A DNA stretch of 26,241 nt from a virus (taxonomy: Duplodnaviria > Caudoviricetes), in the IMG/VR virus record IMGVR_UViG_3300023095_000009, positions 1-26,241 of that record; one strand, written 5' to 3'. Every line of letters starts with the position of its first letter. The first letter of the stretch is position 1. This document shows, piece after piece, positions 7,916 to 17,327 of this stretch. The translations under genes were made by a program, and so were the position numbers. The notes under the pieces were generated by a model. The model was not told the DNA's origin, made no database searches, and saw nothing but the letters and a program-made list of their open reading frames with translations.

Positions 7916-9457
7916 GTGGCCGCAGAGACCGTGCTGATCGGCCCCTTCACGGGCGGCCTGAACTCATTCTCCGACCCCTCCGCTGTCGCCGACAACGAGC
8001 TGGTCGAGGTGAGCAACATGGAGCTGGATCTCGACGGTTCGCTGGTCTCTCGGCCGCCGTTTGTCGACCTCAACGTCAGCTTCCCGCTCGGAGCGACGGG
8101 CAATCTGGAGATCCTCGGCTACTACTACGCCACGAACGGCGTGTCGTACCTGCTGGCCAGCGACGGCCTCACGTCGACCTACTACTTCACCGGCAACACG
8201 TGGGTGCTGCTCACGAACACCATCGCCGCCGCGGGCGTTACGCAGTATCTCGACCTCGCGTGGCTCGTGGCGCCGGAGTCGAGCGCGAACCCCGGAGGAA
8301 GCTGGAGCCCGAGCACGGGATTCGTAGCCGTGCCCGCCATGCCCAAGGGCGACTTCATCTTCACGCACAAGAACCGGCTGTGGGTAGGCAAGGGCAAGAA
8401 CGCCACGGTCGACAGCACCCGCCTCTTCCTGAGCAACGTCGCTGCGCCGACAGTGTGGCCCGGCAACTTCCTCAGCATCGGCCCCGGCGACGGGCAGCCG
8501 ATCGTGTACGTGATGACCTACTTCAACGACCTGCTCGTCTTCAAGTCGAACTCGATCTACCGCTTCAGCTACACGAGCGACCCGTCCGTGGGAGAGCCCT
8601 CGCGCCTCACCCCCGACATCGGCCTCGCCGACAAGAGCTGCGTGGTGACCAGCGACAACCTCGTCTTCTTCATGTACGACGACAAGGTGTACCAGATCGC
8701 AAACTTCCAGATCTCGCAAATCAACGAGAAGGTGCCGCTGATGGCGACCACCACCGCGAACATCTACAAGCCGTTCGCTCTGTCGGTGCTGAACCGTCGC
8801 ATCATCGTCTCGTACTACGACACCATGTACATCTACAGCCTGCGCACGAAGACGTGGAGCACGTGGATCAGTACAACGCACGGGCCGATTGGTCGCATCG
8901 TCGCGCTCAAGACGAACTCGGTCAACGAAGAGGCCATCGCGCACCGGAGCACAGCCACGCCCACCGGAGGCGCTCGCACGGCCAAGACCCTGAAGATCAC
9001 GGATGCCGTGCTCGCCGGGATGCGCGAGCCGATGATCTGCCACGTGCGCACGAAGAACTACAACTACCAAGCCAGCGCGAACTACAAGCGCCTGTTCTGG
9101 TGGGGTGTCGACGCGCTGTTCCGCAACAAGGTGACCGGCACCGTCGTGCCCATCACGTTCAACTACTCGGTCACGTGGGGCGCTCTTCGGACGAAGCCCG
9201 CGACGTGGGGCCAGAGCCTCAACTTCAAGTGGGGCCAGCCGCTCACGGGCGGCCTGTCGGAGACGACGGCTCTCGACACCGCGGGCTCTGGCCCGACCCG
9301 GAAATTCGCCAAGTTCCGCAAGGGGCTGAGGTTCCGGCAGGCGTACTTCACTGTCGACTTCGAGACGGACGGTGCCAGCGACACGAGCCCTGTTCGGCTG
9401 TTCGGTCTGACCACGAAGGTCAGCACGAAAGAAGATGTGGTCAAGAGCGTCTCCTAG
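7916..9457 (+). CDS. Tail nozzle (tail tubular protein B / P22 gp10-like beta-propeller), 513 aa
   Basis: AAGGAG SD. N-terminal PFTGGLN...N.ELD.DGSL..R and internal HKNRLW and LLVFKSNSIY are characteristic of podovirus nozzles. Confidence 0.8.
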   Translation: MAAETVLIGPFTGGLNSFSDPSAVADNELVEVSNMELDLDGSLVSRPPFVDLNVSFPLGATGNLEILGYYYATNGVSYLLASDGLTSTYYFTGNTWVLLTNTIAAAGVTQYLDLAWLVAPESSANPGGSWSPSTGFVAVPAMPKGDFIFTHKNRLWVGKGKNATVDSTRLFLSNVAAPTVWPGNFLSIGPGDGQPIVYVMTYFNDLLVFKSNSIYRFSYTSDPSVGEPSRLTPDIGLADKSCVVTSDNLVFFMYDDKVYQIANFQISQINEKVPLMATTTANIYKPFALSVLNRRIIVSYYDTMYIYSLRTKTWSTWISTTHGPIGRIVALKTNSVNEEAIAHRSTATPTGGARTAKTLKITDAVLAGMREPMICHVRTKNYNYQASANYKRLFWWGVDALFRNKVTGTVVPITFNYSVTWGALRTKPATWGQSLNFKWGQPLTGGLSETTALDTAGSGPTRKFAKFRKGLRFRQAYFTVDFETDGASDTSPVRLFGLTTKVSTKEDVVKSVS

Positions 9458-9471
9458 GTTAGGATGTCACC

Positions 9472-9786
9472 GTGGCCAACTTCGCTCGATTCACCCCCAA
9501 GCCTGTGCGGCGCCCGCCGATGGCGCAGCCTCGGCCTTCCAGCGTTGTCCAGCAGCAGGCCGCGAAGCCGAAGAGCACCCCTCTCGGCACGCAGACTGGC
9601 AACGACTACGGCAAGGACGGCACCGGCTTCAACAAGTTCGCGGCCGGGATCAAGCGGTACGGGCTGGCGGGAGCCTCGGCACCCACTCAGGGCCGTGTCG
9701 ATCGCACCGGCTACGCCGAGCGTGACGCCAAGTCCGAGGCCCGCAAGGCCGCACTCCAGCGCAGGATTCAGAAAGGTCAGATCTAA
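9472..9786 (+). CDS. Basic hypothetical protein, probable internal virion protein, 104 aa
   Basis: Follows the nozzle gene, TAATG coupling to the next gene, Cys-free and Lys/Arg-rich. Confidence 0.75.
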   Translation: MANFARFTPKPVRRPPMAQPRPSSVVQQQAAKPKSTPLGTQTGNDYGKDGTGFNKFAAGIKRYGLAGASAPTQGRVDRTGYAERDAKSEARKAALQRRIQKGQI

Positions 9787-10460
9787 TGGGCAGCTACGGA
9801 AACGGGACGCCCCCGAAAAAGGCGATTCACAACGTCTCGGCCCCTGTCGCAGGCCCTATCGCCGCGCCCGCTCCCGAGCCCCAGTACTACGACGAGCCGA
9901 GCTACTCCCCGTCGTACGACACCGGCTACGACTCGCAGGGCACGGTCGCTCCGGCCGCGGCCCCTCAGCCGATCCCGCAGATCAGCGAGCAGGACTGGCT
10001 GGCCGGTGACGCCACCTACAACGCCAGCACCGCTGCACTCCAGCGTGCGCTGAAGGGGTTCGAGGACGAGAAGAACCTCAACCTGAAGAACTACGACACC
10101 GACTTCGCGGGCAACCTGAAGAAGCTCGGCTGGGATGACGAAGACGGTGTCGACGGCCCGCTTCAGGGGAAGTGGAATAACGACGACGTGAACACGTCGC
10201 GAGGCAAGCGCTTCCAGAGCCAGCTCAACGACTTCGGCTCGCGCGACATGCTTCAGTCGAGCTTCTACGGCGACGCTCTCACCGACCTCGATCGCGACTT
10301 CAACGACCAGCTCGCAGGCATGAACACTGGTCGCCAGCAGTACCGCGACAAGGCGTCGCAGGACTTCGCCAACCAGTCGAACGAGAACCTCACACAGCAG
10401 CAGGCGGCGCGGGCTGAGGCCATCGCACGTCTCGCACAGCGCAACGCAGGGATGATCTGA
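9786..10460 (+). CDS. Probable internal virion (ejection) protein, 224 aa
   Basis: Coupled start and stop at both ends. Pro/Tyr-rich N-terminus, helical Gln/Asn/Asp-rich C-terminus, Cys-free. Confidence 0.75.
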   Translation: MGSYGNGTPPKKAIHNVSAPVAGPIAAPAPEPQYYDEPSYSPSYDTGYDSQGTVAPAAAPQPIPQISEQDWLAGDATYNASTAALQRALKGFEDEKNLNLKNYDTDFAGNLKKLGWDDEDGVDGPLQGKWNNDDVNTSRGKRFQSQLNDFGSRDMLQSSFYGDALTDLDRDFNDQLAGMNTGRQQYRDKASQDFANQSNENLTQQQAARAEAIARLAQRNAGMI

Positions 10461-10975
10461 TGGCGGCTCGCCGAACGGCCAAGCGGGACGACAGCAAGGG
10501 CAAGGACGGCGAAGGCAACGTCCGCGCCCAGCGCAACCAGTACCGCAACGGTGGCCACGGCCCGAACGACCCTTCGAAGGCTCCCGGACAGACCGGCCCC
10601 GACACCGATCCGAAGACGTGGCGTGGTGGCATGCGAGACGGAGGCCGCTCGCCGAAGGCTGCTCCTCGGGGCGCCCAGCAGAAGCACTCGTTCGAGGGCC
10701 GTGACGCTCAGTTCAACCCCAACGCCAAGCTCGATCCGTCTCGTGTGTCCAAGCGAGGAGCAGGTCAGATGGACGGCCTGCCCAACCCGAGGGCGAACAG
10801 CGCACCCACCGACCCGTCGACCCGCAAGCCCCAGAGCGAGATCTTCGGCAGCGGGGCGCCTCGCAAGGGTCACTCTTTCGGAGACGGCCCCGGCGCCTCG
10901 CGTCACAAGGGCGTGTCGAAGAAGGATTCCGCGAAGCTCGAAGCTCTGCTCCGCGCCGCACGCAAGACCAAGTAG
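10460..10975 (+). CDS. Highly basic, probably disordered protein, 171 aa
   Basis: TGATG coupling. Gly/Pro/Lys/Arg-rich. Stop overlaps the SD of the next gene. Confidence 0.72.
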   Translation: MAARRTAKRDDSKGKDGEGNVRAQRNQYRNGGHGPNDPSKAPGQTGPDTDPKTWRGGMRDGGRSPKAAPRGAQQKHSFEGRDAQFNPNAKLDPSRVSKRGAGQMDGLPNPRANSAPTDPSTRKPQSEIFGSGAPRKGHSFGDGPGASRHKGVSKKDSAKLEALLRAARKTK

Positions 10976-10984
10976 GAGAACCCC

Positions 10985-11824
10985 ATGGCCGACGAATGGA
11001 CTCAGCCGTACGTCAAGGCGTCGGCCGACATCGCTTCGATGTACGCGCAGCTTCAGGCGAAGATGCGTGGCGAAGATGTGAACAGCATCAACTCGAACTA
11101 CGACGCGAACAAGAAGCAGATGAACGGCGACCAGCAGGCCGCGCAGGGCATCACGAATCAGGGCTACGCCAGCTCGAACAGCGGCTCGGCCGCGCTTCTG
11201 GCGAGCCTCGGCATCGGCGGTCTGTACGCGCGCAAGGCGGCCAATTCCGGCAGCCTGCTCGGTCACGATCAGGACTTCCAGAACAAGCAGATGCGGTCTC
11301 GCGGGGGCGCGAGCGCACAGTGGTCGGATGACGAGCGCGCAGCGTCGCTGGCCTACAACAACCGCGTCATCGACGCCGCTGGCATGGAGGGCGCGTCTCG
11401 ACAGAAGGCGATCGGTGACTCTCTCGCTGCGGCGATGGCAGCCATGGCCAGCGGCGGCTCCGGTGGCGGGGGAGGCGGCGGTGGAGGTGGCCGCGGCGGG
11501 CGCGGTGGGGGCTACGGCGACGACGAAGAGCTTCAGTACTACCACCAGATGACAGACTCCGAGGCGCGCAACGCCGCGGCCGGTCAGCGTCGATACGAGG
11601 TAGGCGCCGACAGGTACGCCAACGCTCAGCGCGCTCTCGGCCGCAACCCCAACTCGGTTCGCGACACCCTGTCGAACGACCCTCGCATCAACTCGGCCGC
11701 CATCAACCGCGGCAACAGCTCGAAGAAGACCAGCGCGGGCAAGCCTGTGTCGGGAGCTGTCACACGGCGCTCGAACAAGGTCGCGACGAAGAGCGCCCGG
11801 CGCAATACAGGCGGCCGATTCTAA
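10985..11824 (+). CDS. Probable internal virion (ejection) protein with poly-Gly linker, 279 aa
   Basis: TAGGAG SD. Ala/Gln/Asn-rich helices, a short hydrophobic segment (AALLASLGIGGLYA), a Gly run and a basic tail. Confidence 0.78.
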   Translation: MADEWTQPYVKASADIASMYAQLQAKMRGEDVNSINSNYDANKKQMNGDQQAAQGITNQGYASSNSGSAALLASLGIGGLYARKAANSGSLLGHDQDFQNKQMRSRGGASAQWSDDERAASLAYNNRVIDAAGMEGASRQKAIGDSLAAAMAAMASGGSGGGGGGGGGGRGGRGGGYGDDEELQYYHQMTDSEARNAAAGQRRYEVGADRYANAQRALGRNPNSVRDTLSNDPRINSAAINRGNSSKKTSAGKPVSGAVTRRSNKVATKSARRNTGGRF

Positions 11825-11861
11825 GTAGGTAGATTGCCGTGTGCCCTATACGCTAGGGTGC

Positions 11862-14800
11862 ATGGCAGCTAAGAAGTCCAACGCTCAGAAGAACGTCGAG
11901 AATCGCGAGAAGTACACCGCGAAGAACTCGGCCAAAGTGTCGGATGCCTACGACCAGATTCGCTACGGAAAGCGCAAGGTCGAAGACCTCGTTCGCGGTG
12001 ATCGCGCCAATCCCACGTCGGTCTACACTCCGTCGACCTCAGCGAATAAGTCGGGTAGCAACGCGCAGTGGCGCGGCGGCGACGGGCCGACCGAGGGCCG
12101 TAAGCGTGGTCAGGCCAAGGAGCCCGGCGCCAAGGTCGGCTCGAAGAAGAGTCAGTCCGACGAAGAGTTCGTCAAGTCCTTTCTGTCGGATCAGAAGGGC
12201 GATGCTGACGCGCGCAAGGCTGAGGCCCCGAAGGACTGGACGGGTCAGGTATCGAACTTCTTCACGGACGCAGGCACGACGGCAGCCGGGGCGATGGCTC
12301 TGCGCGAGAAGAAGCGCGACGAGCTGCCTGACGGCATCAAAGAGTTCGCTCAGGGTCAGGACACTGTGGCGAAGTGGGTGCTCGACATGGCGTCGCGTCC
12401 GCTGTACGCCGTAGAGGGCGGCATCAGCGCCGGTCTCGACGCAGCCGACGCGGCAGGAGAGCGCGCCCGAAAGGGTGAGAAGGTCGACCCCATGTCGGAG
12501 TACGAGCCGACTCGACAGAAGGTGGTCGCAGGTGCGTGGAAGGGGCTGACCTCCACCGAAGACAAGGATCGGAAGCTCACCTCCGACAACATCGAGCATG
12601 CCACCGACATCGTAGGCAAGGCCACCGACAGAGGCTATGTCGACGACAAGAACAACGTGAACCCCCTGCTGAAGGGTGTCGCCGGGTTCGCCGGAGACCT
12701 CGCTCTCGACCCCCTCAGCTACATCCCCGGCGCTGCTATCGCGAGCAAGCTCGGCCTCGCGGGCAAGGCTGGCCAGAAGGTCACCCGTCTCGACAAGCTA
12801 GGCGCCGGAGAGCGCGTGGCCGAAGAGGCCGCACCTGTCGCGCCCACTCTCGCACCGAAGAGAGCTGAGGCCCCTGTTGCCGCGCCGCCTGCGGTCGCAC
12901 CGAAGCGCGCTGTGCGCGGCCCCGGGACAGGCACGGCTGACGGCATCGAGCGCACCCCGGCCAAGCCTGCCCGCGCACTGTCGGAAGAGATCGCAGCGGC
13001 TGCCAAGGCCGAAGAGGCTATCGCCCCGGCGCCCATCACCCCTGCACAGGCGAAGGCCGCGAAGGCTCAGTCCCAGAAGGCGGCGAAAGAGGCTGCCGCT
13101 ATCGGCAAGCTCACCCCTGCCTCTGCTGCGCGTGCCGCGGTCGCGAAGGCCGAGCCCGATGCAGTGCTCCCCGAGGCGCTGACGGCCAAGCTCAGCCCCG
13201 CGAAGGCCGAGTCCGTGTCTAAGTGGATCACGGACAACCTGAGCCCGAAAGAGGCGAAGGCCGTAACCGAGGCCGTCGTTACACCGCAGAACACCCCGGC
13301 GCTCACGGGCGGCCAGTGGATCAAGGAAGCGCTCAGCGACCCCGAGCGCGTCATCAAGATCCCCGGCAGCTTCGGCGGCGCAGGCACCGGCAAGACGATC
13401 ACCGCGGGCCGCCTGCGTCAGGGCGTGCTTGACAAGAAGCCCGGCGCCATCGACATCGCGAAGAAGCTGCACGCCAGCTACCTCAACGCATTCACGACGG
13501 CCAAGAGCGAGGGCCGCCTCATCAATGCGCACGGGGAGCCCGTGCTGAAGTCGGCCGCGACGAAGAGCGAGTCGACAGTCCAGAACGCCGTGGACTCGTA
13601 CCGCGCTGCCGTGGAGACCGACCGCGCTGCTGTCGAGTCCGCTCTCGGCCGCAACACCGTGACGGCACTGAACCGCGTGTCCGTCCCCGAGAAGTTCGAG
13701 GCTCTGGTCACCGACATCAAGAGCATCCTCGATGGCTCGATGGATCTCAGCTCGGCCGCGGCGAAGAAGCCCGCAGCTCGCGCTCTGCTGGAGCACCTCG
13801 GCGTACAGCAGGAGAAGCGCTCCGTGTCGGACATCGCCAGCGCCGTCCCCGCCGAGATCGTAGAGACGCCCAAGCCGAAGACCCGCAAGCCCGCAGCAGC
13901 GCGCCCGGCCGAGGCCGCACCTGTCGAGACGAACGGCACCACGAAGATTGTCGGCGCCACGCCGGAAGAGCAGGGCCTGACGATCGCGCAGGCAGCTCTT
14001 CGGGCCGAGGGCTTCACCGACGACGAGATCCCCCGTCTCACGGAGCTGCTGCGCTCGGTCATCAAGCAGGAGATCGTCGACCCCCTCGCCGGGGCGATGC
14101 CTCACGTGACGAAGGGCGGCACCCGCCGCAACGCTGCCGAGTTCGGCGCGGGCGAGGGCAACACCGTGCGCCAGTGGAACACGGGCTCGCAGCTCACGAC
14201 CATCAACAAGTTCATCGAGTCCGATTGGTTCGCCGACTTCAACCGCCTGAACACCACGGGCAAGAACGTAGGCCGCCCGCAGATCGGCCCTGTCGCGAGC
14301 GCGCGCAAGGTCGAAGGCATCCGTCGCGTGCTGAAGGCTGTGCGCTCCACACTCGACAACTCCGGCGTGCCTACGACGATGGGCTACGGCGCTGAGCGCA
14401 TCCCGCTCGGGTTCGACGAGCTGCTGGAGATCCTCGGCAAGCACGGTGACGCGCCGCGCCTGTGGCAGAACCCCGGCACCGCGCTCCCGGCGACGAACCT
14501 GATGGACATGGTGGTCTACGCCGCGCGCAGCGATGTCGTCGACCCTGAAGAGCTGCGGAAGCTGCTGCTGAACACCGACGTGCGCAACCCTGTCGCAGGC
14601 AAGTCGATACCGAACAAGCTCGCGGGCTCCGGGCCGGTCTACTGGAAGGGCAAGGCCCCGGTCGAGAAGGCCACGATCGTCGACTCCATCGTGGAGAACG
14701 TGATGCGCTCGGCCGACGACCTGAAGGCGCGCGTCGCGGACAACGCGGCGTACCTCCAAAAGCGGGGCGAGGCCGAGGTGCCCGTGCTCGCTGACCCCGT

Positions 14801-17327
14801 GCTGAAGGCCCTGTCGGCTGCGGTCGACAGTGGCGACATGGGCGCGCTCGTAAACGCCATGGATCGGCGGCCTGCTGCTCTCAGGGCGGCTCAGGAGGAG
14901 ACGAACGCACTCGACACCTCCCGCGAGGTCGCCGGGCGCTCTGTCGACGCTGCTGTGCCTGATCTCGTGGAGACCAGCGTGAGGAACGCGAAGGCCGTGG
15001 CCCGAAAGGTGACGGTCGCAGGCGACGCGACCACGCCGACCGCTCGCAAGGTGCGGGGAGCCGAGGCCACGCGCGCCGCGCAGAAGGGCTTCGACGACGC
15101 TGCCGACAACGCGGCGGCCGACGCCACCCCCGTGTCGGGAGAGCTGGCCGGGGTCGAGTTCAACCTCGGCGACAAGATCGACCGAGCGCAGCTCGCGGGC
15201 ACGCTGAACAAGCTGGCCGGGCCGTTCCTCGAAAAGCTGAAGAAGGACTTCGGCTTCGAGTCGATCAGCGAGATCTTGAAGACACAGACGCTGACCCGCC
15301 TGTACTTCTCCCACACCGCGAAGGAGCTGAACCGCGCGAACCGCATGTTCAAGACCGACAACCTCGTGGCCGCGCTGAACCACGTGAAGGAAGGCACCCC
15401 GGCGCCCGAGCGTCTGGTCAACGAGGTCGAGCTGCTGCGCCAGCAGGTAGGCGATGTCTTCGACGTGACGAACGAGCACGCCCTGATGAACAACAAGTTC
15501 TTCAGTAGCAATGCAAATGTGGAGCACCTCAACAGCCTGCTCTACAAGACGGACTTCGCGTTCGATTCGGAGGCTGCCGCGCGCGCCTCGAAGTCATCGG
15601 GCCGGAGCTTCAGCGAAGAGCTGGCCGACCAGTGGAAGACGTGGAACGTCAAAGACCCGCTCGATTTCGTGTGGCAGATGAAGGACGCCATGCTGAAGAT
15701 TCAGGGCCAGCAGTCCATGGCCCAGAACTTTCACCGCATCGCCGCCGACCAGCGCCTCGTGTCTCGCGTGCCGCGCGCAGGCTACGCCCGTGTCGTCGAC
15801 CCCGAGGGCAAGAGCGTGCTGGCCAAGTACCTCGATCCCGACACGTTCTACCACCGCGACATCCTCGTGGAGCTGAACAAGCTCGACAACGTGCTTCAGG
15901 AGACGACGCAGTTCTCGTCGAAGGGGCTCGGCCCGTTCGTCAACAACACGATCATCCCGATCCAGAACATGTGGAAGTCGGGCGTGACGATCTGGCGGCC
16001 CGGTCACCACGTGCGCAACCTCGTCGGCGACATGGCGCTGAACTACCTCGCGGGCGTGAAGAACCCTCGCGTGTACACCGACGCGCTCCGGGTGATGGCT
16101 GCGAAGGGCAGCTACAAGGATGTCGACATCATCGAGGCCCTGCGCTCCGGTGGTCACGTCGAGCCCGTCAGTGGCGGCACTTCGATCATGCGCGGTCGCA
16201 TCGGCAAGGAAGACGTGGACGTGACGGCCGACATGCTGTACGCCGCGGCCTCCAACGAGGGTCTCTACCCCACCTACCACGGACTGGAGAACCTCGATGA
16301 GGCGGGCGAGGCCGCGCTCTCGGGTCGCCGCCCCGACACGGTGATGGATGTCGTGCAGGACAAGATGCAGCTCACGGGCGGCCGGGCGAAGGCTGCTGTC
16401 GGAACAGTGTCGGAGTACCGCGATCACACCGTGCGAACGGCTCACTTCATCGACCTCGTGAACAAGGGCCTGAAGAGCGGCCAATTCAAGGATCTCGACC
16501 AGCTCTTCGCGCACGCCGGGCAGCAGGTTCGGAAGTGGCACCCGGACGGCACGCACCTCAGCACGTTCGAGTCGAAGTACCTGCGCCGGATCATGCCCTT
16601 CTACTCGTGGACGCGCGGTGCGATCCCGCTCGTCATCGAGAGCGCGCTGCTGCATCCCGGCCGCGTGATGGCGTTCCCGAAGGCGCAGTACAACCTCGCG
16701 GTCGCCAACGGCATCGACCCCAACTCGCTGAGCGACCCGTTCCCCGACGACCAGCTCTTCCCGCAGTGGATGCAGGACGGCACGACGGGCACGAGCTTCG
16801 AGAGCGATGGCGGGTTCGGACTGGAGGCCGGGCACTACTACGGCATCAACCCCGGATGGCCCTCCGTCGACATCTCCGAGATGCTGCTCGGCGGCCAGCT
16901 CGGCGGCTCCCCTGACGTGAACAAGAGCGTGCTGAACTCGCTCTCGCCCATCATCAAGGCGCCCATCGAGAAGATGACCGGCACGAACATCGGCCTGTCC
17001 GACGTGCTCGGTGACCCCGACAACCCCGCGAAGATCCGCGACCAGAGCGACTGGCTCGACAACCAGATCCCCGGCCTGTCGGACATCAACCGCATCACGG
17101 GCATCTCGCCGACCGACATCTTGCCGAAGTGGGCTGGCGGTGACGGAGGCGAGGATGCCGGTCTGTCGGAGGACGCGAAGCGCGGTAATCTGAGTGGAGT
17201 GAACGGCGCGGCCCTCATCAACTGGCTGACCGGCCTCGGGCTGGTCGACCAGAGCAAGCCGAACTACATCAATCAGGCCGAGTTCGAGGTCAAAGACCGG
17301 ATGAAGGCAGCGAAGGACGCGAAGTAA
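11862..17327 (+). CDS. Giant internal virion / DNA ejection protein, 1821 aa
   Basis: ATG at 11862 preferred over GTG 11841. Last in the internal-protein series and Ala-rich. Contains GFAGDLALDPLSYIPG, RPGHHVRN and FE.KYLRRIMPFYSW.R motifs typical of large podophage ejection proteins. Confidence 0.8.
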   Translation: MAAKKSNAQKNVENREKYTAKNSAKVSDAYDQIRYGKRKVEDLVRGDRANPTSVYTPSTSANKSGSNAQWRGGDGPTEGRKRGQAKEPGAKVGSKKSQSDEEFVKSFLSDQKGDADARKAEAPKDWTGQVSNFFTDAGTTAAGAMALREKKRDELPDGIKEFAQGQDTVAKWVLDMASRPLYAVEGGISAGLDAADAAGERARKGEKVDPMSEYEPTRQKVVAGAWKGLTSTEDKDRKLTSDNIEHATDIVGKATDRGYVDDKNNVNPLLKGVAGFAGDLALDPLSYIPGAAIASKLGLAGKAGQKVTRLDKLGAGERVAEEAAPVAPTLAPKRAEAPVAAPPAVAPKRAVRGPGTGTADGIERTPAKPARALSEEIAAAAKAEEAIAPAPITPAQAKAAKAQSQKAAKEAAAIGKLTPASAARAAVAKAEPDAVLPEALTAKLSPAKAESVSKWITDNLSPKEAKAVTEAVVTPQNTPALTGGQWIKEALSDPERVIKIPGSFGGAGTGKTITAGRLRQGVLDKKPGAIDIAKKLHASYLNAFTTAKSEGRLINAHGEPVLKSAATKSESTVQNAVDSYRAAVETDRAAVESALGRNTVTALNRVSVPEKFEALVTDIKSILDGSMDLSSAAAKKPAARALLEHLGVQQEKRSVSDIASAVPAEIVETPKPKTRKPAAARPAEAAPVETNGTTKIVGATPEEQGLTIAQAALRAEGFTDDEIPRLTELLRSVIKQEIVDPLAGAMPHVTKGGTRRNAAEFGAGEGNTVRQWNTGSQLTTINKFIESDWFADFNRLNTTGKNVGRPQIGPVASARKVEGIRRVLKAVRSTLDNSGVPTTMGYGAERIPLGFDELLEILGKHGDAPRLWQNPGTALPATNLMDMVVYAARSDVVDPEELRKLLLNTDVRNPVAGKSIPNKLAGSGPVYWKGKAPVEKATIVDSIVENVMRSADDLKARVADNAAYLQKRGEAEVPVLADPVLKALSAAVDSGDMGALVNAMDRRPAALRAAQEETNALDTSREVAGRSVDAAVPDLVETSVRNAKAVARKVTVAGDATTPTARKVRGAEATRAAQKGFDDAADNAAADATPVSGELAGVEFNLGDKIDRAQLAGTLNKLAGPFLEKLKKDFGFESISEILKTQTLTRLYFSHTAKELNRANRMFKTDNLVAALNHVKEGTPAPERLVNEVELLRQQVGDVFDVTNEHALMNNKFFSSNANVEHLNSLLYKTDFAFDSEAAARASKSSGRSFSEELADQWKTWNVKDPLDFVWQMKDAMLKIQGQQSMAQNFHRIAADQRLVSRVPRAGYARVVDPEGKSVLAKYLDPDTFYHRDILVELNKLDNVLQETTQFSSKGLGPFVNNTIIPIQNMWKSGVTIWRPGHHVRNLVGDMALNYLAGVKNPRVYTDALRVMAAKGSYKDVDIIEALRSGGHVEPVSGGTSIMRGRIGKEDVDVTADMLYAAASNEGLYPTYHGLENLDEAGEAALSGRRPDTVMDVVQDKMQLTGGRAKAAVGTVSEYRDHTVRTAHFIDLVNKGLKSGQFKDLDQLFAHAGQQVRKWHPDGTHLSTFESKYLRRIMPFYSWTRGAIPLVIESALLHPGRVMAFPKAQYNLAVANGIDPNSLSDPFPDDQLFPQWMQDGTTGTSFESDGGFGLEAGHYYGINPGWPSVDISEMLLGGQLGGSPDVNKSVLNSLSPIIKAPIEKMTGTNIGLSDVLGDPDNPAKIRDQSDWLDNQIPGLSDINRITGISPTDILPKWAGGDGGEDAGLSEDAKRGNLSGVNGAALINWLTGLGLVDQSKPNYINQAEFEVKDRMKAAKDAK

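Noticed and set aside
8200-9462. 420-aa and other same-strand alternate-frame ORFs within portal, nozzle and giant genes
   Set aside because: These are Arg/Pro/His-rich frame-shift shadows of GC-biased codons without ribosome-binding sites.
11453-11513. GGC/GGT-rich tandem-like run
   Set aside because: It encodes the poly-Gly linker of the 279-aa protein and is not an independent repeat element.
11862-17327. Giant gene as tape measure protein or virion RNA polymerase
   Set aside because: No tail tube or tail assembly chaperone genes precede it, the adaptor/nozzle context is podoviral, and I found no recognisable RNAP catalytic motif.
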